Assembly: GCA_045590995.1 (NCBI GenBank)
Contig: JAZNRY010000101.1
Location: 5,823-69,822, forward strand
DNA: 64,000 nucleotides
Direction of reading: 5' to 3'
DNA from: Paludibacteraceae bacterium
Lineage (GTDB): Bacteria; Bacteroidota; Bacteroidia; Bacteroidales; Paludibacteraceae
A model generated the notes under the pieces. It was not told the DNA's origin and did not search any database. It saw only the letters and a list, made by a program, of their open reading frames with translations. Below, in pieces: positions 37,520 through 46,764 of the stretch (its first letter is position 1; each line of letters starts with the position of its first letter). The position numbers and the translations under genes were made by a program.

Positions 37520-38961
37520 AATGGATAGCAGCACATACATGGTTGCTGCTACTGGTGCCGTTGGTTTCGGGCATATTGTTGTGCTACTACACGAACTTTC
37601 CCAAAGACCTTTTTTGTAAGACCGCAGTCGATTACTTGGATTGCGATACCGTGCTTGCGCTTCATCTCGTGAGCGAGGGACAAGAGCGAGCAAAAACCAT
37701 TCGCTATACAGCTGAAGCACCTGACCGCAGTAGGTTGCTACTTTATTTGCAAAAAGATAGTCTGCCTTACCCCTGTATAGGTGATGTACTGTTGGTGCAA
37801 ACGCGCGTAGAACGAGGCGACTCGCTTGGCGCATTTGACTACGGTCGTTATCTTCGTCTGCATGGTATTGTGGGTAGTGCTTGGGCACATCGTGGCAATT
37901 GGATGGTGGTAGGTCATTCTCCTGTGAAAGGGATACGCGCTACGGCAGAGCGTTGGCAACGCTGGCTATACCAACGCTACAAGCAGATGGGTATTCGTGA
38001 ACCCGAATTGGGTATTCTATCAGCCCTTACTTTGGGCTATCGTGAGGAACTGGACAAACAGGTGCAACAATCCTTTTCCGCCGCTGGTGCAATGCATATA
38101 TTGGCAGTGAGTGGATTGCATACGGGCATCGTATGGGGAATTATCGTGTGGCTCCTTACATTGGGCGGCTATGCCCGTCCGTTGTATCATCAGCGTTGGA
38201 AACGCACGCTATTGGTTAGTCTTACGCTCATTGCACTATGGGGGTATGCGTTTCTCACGGGACTGAGTCCTTCGGTTATGCGCAGTGCATTAATGGTCAG
38301 TTTGCTGGAAATAGCGTGGCTTTTAGACCGTGATGCACGAGGAATCAACTACTTGGCAGCGGCGGCTGTAATCATATTGCTCATCAATCCGTTGGCGTTA
38401 TGGAGTGTGAGTTTTCAACTGAGTTTTGCTGCTATGGCAGCTATTATGTTGGTTGCAGAACGCATGCAACAACGAATCGTGCTACGCGGGAATGTGTGGC
38501 ATTACATCGTGGGGCTGTTGATAATGTCTGTTGCCGCACAAATAGGGACAATTCCCCTTACTTTACATTATTTTGGACAAACGAGCAACTACTTTGCCCT
38601 TACCAATATCGTGGTTATTCCCGCAGCTTTTGTGTTGCTGCTTTTAGGTATGAGTTCGTTGGCTTTCTCATGGTGTATGTTGGGGCACTGGTTGGCTGCG
38701 GCTGCGCAGATGGGTACCCGCTGGTTGCGCCTGTTTGTTGAATGGGTAGAACAGTTGCCTTTTGCCACGACGCATATCACTCTCTCTGTTCCGTCGGTGG
38801 TGTTGTGTTATATCGCAATCGCCTGTGGACTAATGCTATTGCGCGGTGACAAAGTGCATTGGTGGTGGCTTGTGGGGGTAGTTGTTTGTGCCGTTATGAT
38901 TGTTGTGACAGAAACAATGCAAATCAATATTTATTGCTATGAAAACCTCTTCTCCTCATAG
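37516..38961 (+). CDS. comEC: ComEC/Rec2 family competence membrane protein
   Basis: Polytopic, with GAMHILAVSGLHTG. ATGA overlap with rpe. Confidence 0.8.
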   Translation: MKWIAAHTWLLLLVPLVSGILLCYYTNFPKDLFCKTAVDYLDCDTVLALHLVSEGQERAKTIRYTAEAPDRSRLLLYLQKDSLPYPCIGDVLLVQTRVERGDSLGAFDYGRYLRLHGIVGSAWAHRGNWMVVGHSPVKGIRATAERWQRWLYQRYKQMGIREPELGILSALTLGYREELDKQVQQSFSAAGAMHILAVSGLHTGIVWGIIVWLLTLGGYARPLYHQRWKRTLLVSLTLIALWGYAFLTGLSPSVMRSALMVSLLEIAWLLDRDARGINYLAAAAVIILLINPLALWSVSFQLSFAAMAAIMLVAERMQQRIVLRGNVWHYIVGLLIMSVAAQIGTIPLTLHYFGQTSNYFALTNIVVIPAAFVLLLLGMSSLAFSWCMLGHWLAAAAQMGTRWLRLFVEWVEQLPFATTHITLSVPSVVLCYIAIACGLMLLRGDKVHWWWLVGVVVCAVMIVVTETMQINIYCYENLFSS

Positions 38962-40105
38962 TCTATCTGACCTTTGCCTACTTATCGGTGAGGCATTGGA
39001 AGAACATTTAGCGCCTACTTATTGGGTGCGTGCTGAGATTGCTTCGATCAGTTTGCGTGGGCATTGCTATATGGAATTGGTTGAAAAATCAGCTAACCAT
39101 AGCATCGCTGCCAAAGTGCGTGCTACTTGTTGGCAACATGCCTATCATATACTTGCGCCTTATTTTGCAGCCGAAACGGGACAAACGCTGTCCGTTGGTT
39201 TGCAAGTGCTACTGGAAGTGGAGGTTAGTTTTCATGCGGTATATGGCATGAGCTTGAATGTGGTAGGCATAGACCCTTCCTATACGCTCGGTGATTTAGC
39301 ACGCCAACGCCAAGAGACTATTCAACGCTTAAAGGAGGAGGGCGTGTGGGATATGCAACAATCGCTTCGTACACCCACTTTGCCACGGCGGATTGCTGTC
39401 ATATCTTCTGCTGATGCTGCGGGCTATGGCGATTTTCAACACCAACTCATGCATAATAGGGGAGCATATCGTTTCCATACCCAACTGTTTCCTGCTCTGA
39501 TGCAAGGTGAACAGTCTCCTCGCTCCATTATGCAAGCGTTGCACACGATAGCCGAGGAGAGTGAGGCTTACGATATTGTGGCGATTGTGCGTGGTGGCGG
39601 TGCTACTACCGACTTGCGCAATTTCGACGACTACGATCTTGCTTGCCATTGTGCGCAGTTTCCATTGCCTATTATTGCGGGTATAGGACACACACGCGAT
39701 ATAAGTGTTGTAGATATGGTGGTACATACCAGCGTGAAGACTCCTACAGCAGTGGCGGAATGGCTGATACAACGCATGGATGCACAAGCAGAGCGATTAG
39801 CTCAGTTATCCCTGCGCTTGCAAGAAGCTGTCAAACATTCCGTACAATGCCACCAGAATAAACTTTATAACCTGCATCAATCCATTCGATTTGCTACGCA
39901 ACAACGCCTCTATAAACAGCGTTCGAAGCTTGAACTATGGGAGAAAACAATAGCCCTTCATTCGCCCGAACGCATTTATCGTATGGGTTATACCTTAACC
40001 ACAATGGATGGCAAGGTAGTTCGGAGTATTCACGATGTGAAAGCGGGGCAACAATTACAAACCCACACAGCCGATGGCGTGATACTTAGTGAGGTTGTGG
40101 AGTAA
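38939..40105 (+). CDS. xseA: exodeoxyribonuclease VII large subunit
   Basis: OB-fold N-terminus YWVRAEIASISLRGHCYMELVE, IVRGGGATTDL, and a C-terminal coiled coil. Confidence 0.9.
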   Translation: MKTSSPHSLSDLCLLIGEALEEHLAPTYWVRAEIASISLRGHCYMELVEKSANHSIAAKVRATCWQHAYHILAPYFAAETGQTLSVGLQVLLEVEVSFHAVYGMSLNVVGIDPSYTLGDLARQRQETIQRLKEEGVWDMQQSLRTPTLPRRIAVISSADAAGYGDFQHQLMHNRGAYRFHTQLFPALMQGEQSPRSIMQALHTIAEESEAYDIVAIVRGGGATTDLRNFDDYDLACHCAQFPLPIIAGIGHTRDISVVDMVVHTSVKTPTAVAEWLIQRMDAQAERLAQLSLRLQEAVKHSVQCHQNKLYNLHQSIRFATQQRLYKQRSKLELWEKTIALHSPERIYRMGYTLTTMDGKVVRSIHDVKAGQQLQTHTADGVILSEVVE

Positions 40106-40132
40106 TAAGTTTTGCAGCATGCAAGCAGCGCT

Positions 40133-41080
40133 ATGAAGAAAAAGAAAGAGACAATTGTATTTCTGTTGAGTGCGGAGCAATGGTTGGGCGTATTGCTGCT
40201 CATTCTTATTGCAGGCAGTGTCTTCCTGCTGCTTCATCGTTTCCAACCGAAGGCGGTAGAACCTGTTGTCGTAACGACAGATTCCATGCGTACAACCTTT
40301 GCCGTGTATCAGGCGCAACAAGACAGTGTTCGCAAAGCAAAATGGAAAAAGCAATATGCGCGCGACACAATTGCTATTTGCATGCAGCAGTTTGATCCGA
40401 ATACGGCAGATAGCAGTACGCTTGTGCATTTGGGACTCAAACCATGGCAAGCCAGCAATATGCTCAAATACCGCGCTAAAGGCGGACGCTACCGCAAAAC
40501 CGAAGACTTCAAACGCCTCGATGGTATGACCGACAGCATGTACCTCGCGTTGCTACCGTATGTAGTGATTGATACGCTGGCTATCGACCGATGGCGCGAT
40601 AGTGTTCGGATGGCAGCCGATAGCGTTCCTCGTTATGTGAGTCACAAACGCGATACTATTCTTAATCTGCGTACAGCAGATACTACCGAATTGAAGATGA
40701 TAAAGGGAATCGGCAGTTACCGTGCCAAACAGATTATTCGCTATCGCGAGCAGTTAGGTGGTTTTGCTTCGGTGGAGCAATTGCGTGAAGTAAAAGCATT
40801 GCAACCGCTACTAAAAGATTCGCTTTCGACAGATTCTTTACTCTCGCACTTTTTTCTTGATAGTGTGCATATTGTGCCTTTGCGGGTGAATAGTATGCAT
40901 GTAGAGCGACTTCAACGCCACCCTTATTTGTCGTTTGAACAGGCAAGAGCCATTTATGAGTTGCGCCGAAGGAAGATTCAGTTGAAGCATCTGGACCAAC
41001 TGCGCACGCTTGATTGCTTGACAGAACAAGACATTCAACGCCTGCGCCCATATTTGAGTTTCGAACAGCGAGAGAAGTGA
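40133..41080 (+). CDS. helix-hairpin-helix repeat DNA-binding protein (ComEA-like)
   Basis: N-terminal TM, then three HhH units (for example LKMIKGIGSYRAKQIIRYREQLGGF). Start chosen at MKKKKET. Confidence 0.7.
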   Translation: MKKKKETIVFLLSAEQWLGVLLLILIAGSVFLLLHRFQPKAVEPVVVTTDSMRTTFAVYQAQQDSVRKAKWKKQYARDTIAICMQQFDPNTADSSTLVHLGLKPWQASNMLKYRAKGGRYRKTEDFKRLDGMTDSMYLALLPYVVIDTLAIDRWRDSVRMAADSVPRYVSHKRDTILNLRTADTTELKMIKGIGSYRAKQIIRYREQLGGFASVEQLREVKALQPLLKDSLSTDSLLSHFFLDSVHIVPLRVNSMHVERLQRHPYLSFEQARAIYELRRRKIQLKHLDQLRTLDCLTEQDIQRLRPYLSFEQREK

Positions 41081-41191
41081 TTTTTTGCTCTCTCATCTGT
41101 TCGCATACCACTCGGTTACCACTCTGATGCTCCCGCCACGCGGCGAAAATAATTTTCTTCTCGTTGAAATTGATAGTTTTTATGTGGAGTA

Positions 41192-41223
41192 CTTGCTCAA
41201 TTCAGAAATAATTTGTACCTTTG
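41192..41223 (+). promoter_or_regulatory. promoter with ~330-nt leader before 41554
   Basis: CTTG at 41192-41195 and TACCTTTG at 41216-41223. Confidence 0.5.
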
Positions 41224-41553
41224 CAGCGCAAAGTTGAGCAATTGACTTTGCAGACATATTATAAAAGCGTTTATTAGCGCTTGTTTTGGTGATTAGAAAT
41301 CTGGTAAATTTCACTCTCGCCCAAAACAAGAAGGCAGTAAACGCCCTTTGGGATATGTATATCCCGCCGCAGAGCATCCTTTGGGATTGCTCTGTTTGGT
41401 GGCATTTCATATTCGGCGTGGGCGTTATGTGCTTGTTCTTGCGAAAGGGTATACCAGAACCTCTAATCAAAGAATAAGCAATGGTAAGGTTCCACGCTTT
41501 CTTTATATATTCACGGGTCGTTTGGAGCCGATGTCCCACAAAAACAAACCAGT

Positions 41554-42012
41554 ATGAAGAATACATTTATTCTCATTTGTGCGTTGCTTTGTTCTTTGCA
41601 AACGATGGCAGTAAGCCTTGTAATAGAACATCGTTCGGGGGCAGATTTGTGGCAAGATGTTGCTATTATTGGAAAATGGGCATTTATTGAAGGCAAGCTG
41701 CAATTGTTTGACAAGTCTGGCGCTGTACTTGCAACAGAATTACTTGCAGAGATTAAGAACATCACTTTCGTTGCTTCCAATCCAACTACGGACACGGAGA
41801 GCGTACAGAGCAATGCCATTCTTGTTTATCCCAATCCCACGCAAGATGTATTGATGATTCAGGGCATTGAAGCCCAAACATTGCGTGTATATGACCTGCA
41901 GGGTCATTTACTCAGCACAACCAATGGCACACAGGTAGATGTTGCACATTTGGCGGACGGCACCTATCTTCTACAAATAGGTACGCAAGTTGTTCGCTTT
42001 ATTAAAAAATAG
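41554..42012 (+). CDS. small secreted protein with T9SS type-A C-terminal sorting domain
   Basis: Signal peptide MKNTFILICALLCSLQTMA. C-terminus ILVYPNPTQDVLMIQGIEAQTLRVYDLQGHLL...LADGTYLLQIGTQVVRFIKK. Confidence 0.75.
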   Translation: MKNTFILICALLCSLQTMAVSLVIEHRSGADLWQDVAIIGKWAFIEGKLQLFDKSGAVLATELLAEIKNITFVASNPTTDTESVQSNAILVYPNPTQDVLMIQGIEAQTLRVYDLQGHLLSTTNGTQVDVAHLADGTYLLQIGTQVVRFIKK

Positions 42013-42051
42013 TTGAAAGTTTATAGATTAAAGTTGAAAGGCTAGAATAAT

Positions 42052-43902
42052 ATGAAAAAGTTTACATTTTTAGCGATCTTTCTCATCGCAATGGTATCAA
42101 TGGCATTGGCTCAGACCAATATGTTTGTATGGATGGACGGTATAAAGACCACTTATCCAATTGCGCTGGTTGATAGTGTGACCTTTGGTGATGATGATGC
42201 ACCGATTGGTGGCATCGGAACCTTCTCTGTTAGTGCAACCAAACAAGTCACTTTCTCATCTGGTAACTTGCAGTATCATCCTGCTAATAATGTATGGCAG
42301 TTTGCTGCAAACCAAACCGATTATATTGGTGACGCAAATGCAAATATATCTAGCACCTATAATGGCTGGTTGGATTTGTTCGGTTGGAGTACAAGTGCTA
42401 CTAATTTTGGTGTAAGTACATCTACTGATTATGATGATTATAGTGGTTCTTTTGTTGATTGGGGTACGAATACAATCGGCAATGATGAACCTAATACATG
42501 GCGTACTTTGACTTATGATGAGTGGTATTATCTTCTCAATACTCGTACTAACGCAAATTCTCTTAAAGGTGTTGCTCAGGTCAATGGTGTGAATGGATTA
42601 ATCTTCTTGCCCGATACTTGGGTTTGCCCAGAGGGCATTACCTTCAAGTCAGGTTTCCATAGTAGTTATGGTACCGAGTATTACGCAGCTTACCAAACTT
42701 TTACTGCTGAGCAATGGTCAAAACTCGAAGCCGCAGGTGCCATCTTCCTCCCCGCTGCGGGCTTCCGCTACGGCTCAGATGTCAGCAATGTGCAGAGCTA
42801 CGGCTACTATTGGTCTGCCACTGAGTACGATAGCTACTACGCGCGCGGCCTCCGCTTCTACTCTGGCGGAGCGGACATGAGCAGCAGCCATCGCTGCAAC
42901 GGTCGATCCGTGCGTTTAGTTAAGGATATTAGCAACACCACTCCTGAACCTCCTATTGAGCCAGAGACAGAATGGATTACTATTTATATTGATACTGTGA
43001 TATGTGAGTATAATTTGCCATTTAATTGGCATGTCGGAGACCATACAATGATATTATGCGAAACAGCAGGTACTTATACGCATGAAGAAATAGTAGAAGT
43101 AGAGAACTACATCTACCATTATATATTTACTTTAGAATTGACAGTTCTAGATGATGTATCCATAAGCGTAGCACCCGAAACGGTAACAATTTGTGCGAGT
43201 GAGTTGCCATACTTTTGGGTTGTAGATGGAGAATACGGGCAATATTGGGTAGAATGCGATGCAGCAGGTTCTTATCAATATATAGAATCTTTGGAATGCG
43301 GTGTGGCTACTTATATATTAGAATTAGAGGTATTGGAGGAGGGAATATTTGATACAATTTGGGTAGAGGCGTACGATTCCTATGAGTGGCATGGCAAGGT
43401 TTATACCGAAAGTGGTCAATATCACTACTACAATCATTGTAGTAGTGTAGAAGTATTAAATTTGACCATTATAAAAACACCTACGAAACCCGAAGGTGAT
43501 AACTGCGAGAACGCGATACAGGTCAATTGGAACGATGAGATAAGTATCTGCGGTAGCACCGACACATGGTATGCTATAGATATTTCGGGGATTTGGGAAA
43601 GAGGTGAAGATATTACTACAACCTTTCGTAACAATTCTGCAGAAACTGCTACAATCACCAACGCATCTTATCTGGTTTGCTATGAAGATATTGTTGATAA
43701 TGAAATACCTTTGACTGAAGCGAAATCGGAAGTAAAATCAGGCGAAGAGCGCACAATTGTATATGATTTCTACAAGCTTCTTGATTTCCGTGTGTATATT
43801 CCAGATGATATAATCTATCTTCACATAAAGAACGACGGTGGTTGCGTGACCGCTCCAGCGCTATGGTTCTGGTTGCCCGCAACAGAGGATTTTGTTGAAT
43901 AA
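42052..43902 (+). CDS. secreted multidomain protein: FISUMP/DUF1566-like domain (paralogue 3) plus three Cys-containing ~55-aa repeats
   Basis: Signal peptide. FSSGNLQY..WQFAANQTDYIG..LDLFGWSTS..NTWRTLTYDEW..AIFLPAAGFR..GYYWSAT..SVRLVKDI. Then repeats ending TLELTVL, ILELEVL and VLNLTII. Confidence 0.6.
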   Translation: MKKFTFLAIFLIAMVSMALAQTNMFVWMDGIKTTYPIALVDSVTFGDDDAPIGGIGTFSVSATKQVTFSSGNLQYHPANNVWQFAANQTDYIGDANANISSTYNGWLDLFGWSTSATNFGVSTSTDYDDYSGSFVDWGTNTIGNDEPNTWRTLTYDEWYYLLNTRTNANSLKGVAQVNGVNGLIFLPDTWVCPEGITFKSGFHSSYGTEYYAAYQTFTAEQWSKLEAAGAIFLPAAGFRYGSDVSNVQSYGYYWSATEYDSYYARGLRFYSGGADMSSSHRCNGRSVRLVKDISNTTPEPPIEPETEWITIYIDTVICEYNLPFNWHVGDHTMILCETAGTYTHEEIVEVENYIYHYIFTLELTVLDDVSISVAPETVTICASELPYFWVVDGEYGQYWVECDAAGSYQYIESLECGVATYILELEVLEEGIFDTIWVEAYDSYEWHGKVYTESGQYHYYNHCSSVEVLNLTIIKTPTKPEGDNCENAIQVNWNDEISICGSTDTWYAIDISGIWERGEDITTTFRNNSAETATITNASYLVCYEDIVDNEIPLTEAKSEVKSGEERTIVYDFYKLLDFRVYIPDDIIYLHIKNDGGCVTAPALWFWLPATEDFVE

Positions 43903-43915
43903 TCCCATGCCAACC

Positions 43916-43955
43916 TCACCCTGCAAGTCAATTGATTTGTAGGGTGATTTTTTTT
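43916..43955 (+). terminator. intrinsic terminator after 42052..43902
   Basis: TCACCCTGCAA-N10-TTGTAGGGTGA followed by T8. Confidence 0.7.
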
Positions 43956-44029
43956 GTGATAAAATGTAGAACAACATCAGATCAAGAACATATATAAATA
44001 CATTGTGTGGCTTGTTTTTTGTCAATATA

Positions 44030-44061
44030 TTTGGTCATGTCAAAAAAATGTAGTACCTTTG
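44030..44061 (+). promoter_or_regulatory. promoter of the sigma-54 activator gene
   Basis: TTTG at 44030-44033 and TACCTTTG at 44054-44061. Confidence 0.6.
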
Positions 44062-44094
44062 TCTGCCAATTTGGCAGATTGACTGAAAATAACT

Positions 44095-45324
44095 ATGGAA
44101 CAACAAGAACTACAAGCCATAAAACAACGATTCAGTATCATTGGTAATAGTCCACTGATAAATCGTGATATTGAGGTGGCAGTGCAAGTGGCACGCACCG
44201 ATTTGAGCGTGCTTATTACTGGCGAAAGCGGTGTGGGAAAAGAACATTTTCCGCAAATCATTCACCACTATTCTACCCGCAAACATGGTCCATACTTCGC
44301 AGTGAACTGCGGTGCTATACCAGAAGGAACCATTGATAGCGAACTCTTTGGACATGAGAAAGGTGCCTTTACGGATGCCAAAGCCGAACGCAAAGGCTAT
44401 TTTGAAATAGCCAACGGAGGCACACTTTTCTTGGATGAAGTGGGCGAACTCCCATTGCAAACACAGGTGCGACTACTGCGCGTGTTGGAAACAGGCGAGT
44501 TTATTCGTATGGGTGCCAGTCAAGTGCAGAAAACCAATGTTCGCGTGGTAGCAGCTACCAACTTAGATATGAAACGCGCTATTTCTGAAGGTCGTTTCCG
44601 CGAGGATTTATACTATCGACTCAATACCGTAGAAATTAAAGTGCCTGCCTTACGCGATCGCAAGGGGGATATACCCTTGTTGTTCCGCAAGTTCGTTGTT
44701 GATTTCAGCGAACGCTACCGCATGCCTGCTATTCGATTAACAGAAGAAGCTACTGAATTGCTGAAAAACTATTATTGGAATGGCAATGTACGCCAACTCA
44801 AAAATGTGGCAGAGCAGATTAGTATCATTGAGAATACACGCGAGATTACTGCTGATACATTGCGCAAGTACCTACCTGCAAACGAAATGCACAGCGGATT
44901 AGCACTCTTGGGTGCGAATACGCAAAACACCCGCGATACTTTCATGAACGAACGCGAATTACTTTACAAAGTGTTGTTTGACATGAAACGCGACATGACC
45001 GAAATGCGTCAGCAACTCAACGGATTACTCGCTACAACGACTGCGCCTGCTCACCGAAATACCGAAATGGTTGTCAGCAACCCCACCGCTTATGAGCCCG
45101 TAGAGGAAGTGGAAGATGCGATTGCTCATGCTCCTATTCGTGCTGAGGTAGTGGAAGATGCGGTGTTGGCTGACGAACTCGCTTTGACTACAATGGAAGA
45201 GATAGAACGCGAGAGTATTCGCCGAGCGTTGGAACGCAATAATGGTAGCCGAAAAATGGCAGCCAACGAATTGCATATTTCTGAACGCACCCTTTATCGC
45301 AAAATCAAAGAGTACCAACTCTAA
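44095..45324 (+). CDS. sigma-54-dependent transcriptional activator (AAA+ plus Fis HTH, no N-terminal sensor domain)
   Basis: GESGVGKE, EKGAFTDA (a GAFTGA variant), LFLDEVGE. C-terminus AANELHISERTLYRKIKEY. Confidence 0.85.
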   Translation: MEQQELQAIKQRFSIIGNSPLINRDIEVAVQVARTDLSVLITGESGVGKEHFPQIIHHYSTRKHGPYFAVNCGAIPEGTIDSELFGHEKGAFTDAKAERKGYFEIANGGTLFLDEVGELPLQTQVRLLRVLETGEFIRMGASQVQKTNVRVVAATNLDMKRAISEGRFREDLYYRLNTVEIKVPALRDRKGDIPLLFRKFVVDFSERYRMPAIRLTEEATELLKNYYWNGNVRQLKNVAEQISIIENTREITADTLRKYLPANEMHSGLALLGANTQNTRDTFMNERELLYKVLFDMKRDMTEMRQQLNGLLATTTAPAHRNTEMVVSNPTAYEPVEEVEDAIAHAPIRAEVVEDAVLADELALTTMEEIERESIRRALERNNGSRKMAANELHISERTLYRKIKEYQL

Positions 45325-45346
45325 ACAATACTACACAACTCTCACT

Positions 45347-45856
45347 ATGATACAACAACGCTACATCCTATTTCTTCTCTCACTATTCCTTTTGAATAGT
45401 TGCTCCATCTCGTATAAGTTCAATGGAGCGAGTATTGATTACTCCAAAGTAAAGACTATTTCTGTAGCCGATTTTACGAATAACGCAGCATTGGTTTATG
45501 CTCCATTGGCAGTTAATCTAACCGATGGTATCAAAGACCTCTACCAACGCCAAACGCGCCTTGAGCAAGTAAGACGCGGAGGTAACCTTGAACTCGAAGG
45601 AGAGATTACGGGCTACAACCTCACACCGATGGCGGTATCAGCCGATAGTTATGCCGCAGAAACCAAGCTCACAATCACGGTGAAAGTGCGATTTACCAAT
45701 AATGTTGCACCAGAGGATAGTTTTGAGAAAACATACTCAGCTTACCAGACTTTCGATGCTTCACAAATGCTTACGGATGTGCAAGAGGAACTTTGCAACA
45801 CCATGATTGCGGAGATTGCTGACCAAATTTATAACGATACAGTAGCAAAATGGTAA
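45347..45856 (+). CDS. LptE-like lipoprotein
   Basis: Trimmed to MIQQRY (ATG 45347). Lipobox LLNSCS. As far as I recall, the position between the sigma-54 activator and secG is a common Bacteroidota arrangement. Confidence 0.5.
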   Translation: MIQQRYILFLLSLFLLNSCSISYKFNGASIDYSKVKTISVADFTNNAALVYAPLAVNLTDGIKDLYQRQTRLEQVRRGGNLELEGEITGYNLTPMAVSADSYAAETKLTITVKVRFTNNVAPEDSFEKTYSAYQTFDASQMLTDVQEELCNTMIAEIADQIYNDTVAKW

Positions 45857-45861
45857 AAAAA

Positions 45862-45893
45862 TTTGCGTAATTCAAAAAAAAGCAGTACCTTTG
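45862..45893 (+). promoter_or_regulatory. secG promoter
   Basis: TTTG at 45862-45865 and TACCTTTG at 45886-45893. Confidence 0.6.
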
Positions 45894-45956
45894 CCTGCTG
45901 AATGTTTTTGCCACATTATACCTTTGAAACTTTTAAAACTTTAAAACAATAATATT

Positions 45957-46307
45957 ATGTACATTTTATTAACTATTTTGATTGTTATCGCAGCTGTATT
46001 GCTCGTTCTTTTGGTGTTGGTTCAAAACAGCAAGGGTGGTGGTTTAGCAGCTGGTTTCTCAAGCGGTAACCAAGTGATGGGCGCTCCTAAGACTGCTGAC
46101 TTCTTGGAGAAAGCAAGTTGGACTTTGGCTGGTATCATTATTGCACTCAGCATCATCGCTGTGGGCTTTAATAAAAATGCCAATGTTGATACCGAAGCTG
46201 ACAGTGCAATCACAGAGCAAGTGCAAGAGGCTTATGAAGCTGAGCAAGCTGCGCAAGCAGTGCCAGAATTTGAAGCTACTGAGGTAGTGGAAGAAGTGGC
46301 AGAATAA
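45957..46307 (+). CDS. secG: preprotein translocase subunit SecG
   Basis: MYILLTILIVIAAVLLVLLVLVQNSKGGGLAAGF. Consensus promoter at 45862-45893. Confidence 0.85.
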   Translation: MYILLTILIVIAAVLLVLLVLVQNSKGGGLAAGFSSGNQVMGAPKTADFLEKASWTLAGIIIALSIIAVGFNKNANVDTEADSAITEQVQEAYEAEQAAQAVPEFEATEVVEEVAE

Positions 46308-46334
46308 TTTACCTACTGCACACACAAAAAAGAT

Positions 46335-46362
46335 AAAAGAGAGGCCAATCGTCTCTCTTTTA
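46335..46362. terminator. bidirectional terminator (secG and merR-family gene converge)
   Basis: AAAAGAGAG-gccaatcgt-CTCTCTTTT. Confidence 0.55.
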
Positions 46363-46683
46363 TATATATCTTCGTATTTCCACCAATTCGGTACGCACGC
46401 GTTGCAGAATCTCTGCTGCTCGTTGGCGGAAGTCGGTTTCGCGTTTGCCATTCTTCAACTCTTGGCGGATGGCTTGAATACGCGTGATATGCATTTCGTC
46501 GCGAAGATACCTAATTTGCTTAATCAAATCAATGTCCGAAGAGGTATAATAGCGGTTGCCATGTCCGTCTTTGCGAGGCGATAACTGTTCGAAATGCCTT
46601 TCCCAATAACGCAATGTGCTGGCTGGAAGCCCTGTCATCTCTTGGGCTTCAGTCATAGAATAATATATCTTCTCACTTTCCAT
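46360..46683 (-). CDS. MerR family transcriptional regulator
   Basis: YSMTEAQEMTGLPASTLRYWERHF HTH, 107 aa. Confidence 0.8.
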   Translation of the reverse strand: MESEKIYYSMTEAQEMTGLPASTLRYWERHFEQLSPRKDGHGNRYYTSSDIDLIKQIRYLRDEMHITRIQAIRQELKNGKRETDFRQRAAEILQRVRTELVEIRRYI

Positions 46684-46764
46684 AAACTCTATTTTTTCTC
46701 TCGCATTGCTCCCTACCTTGTGTATCCGTAGTAGATAGTACGCGGGGTCGTGTGCTGAGGGAAT

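Noticed and set aside
41224-41553. Riboswitch, RNase P RNA or 6S RNA
   Set aside because: I could not find cobalamin, TPP or RNase P conserved strings (for example GAGGAAAGTCC). The downstream genes are secreted proteins, not metabolic ones. I report it only as a long leader.
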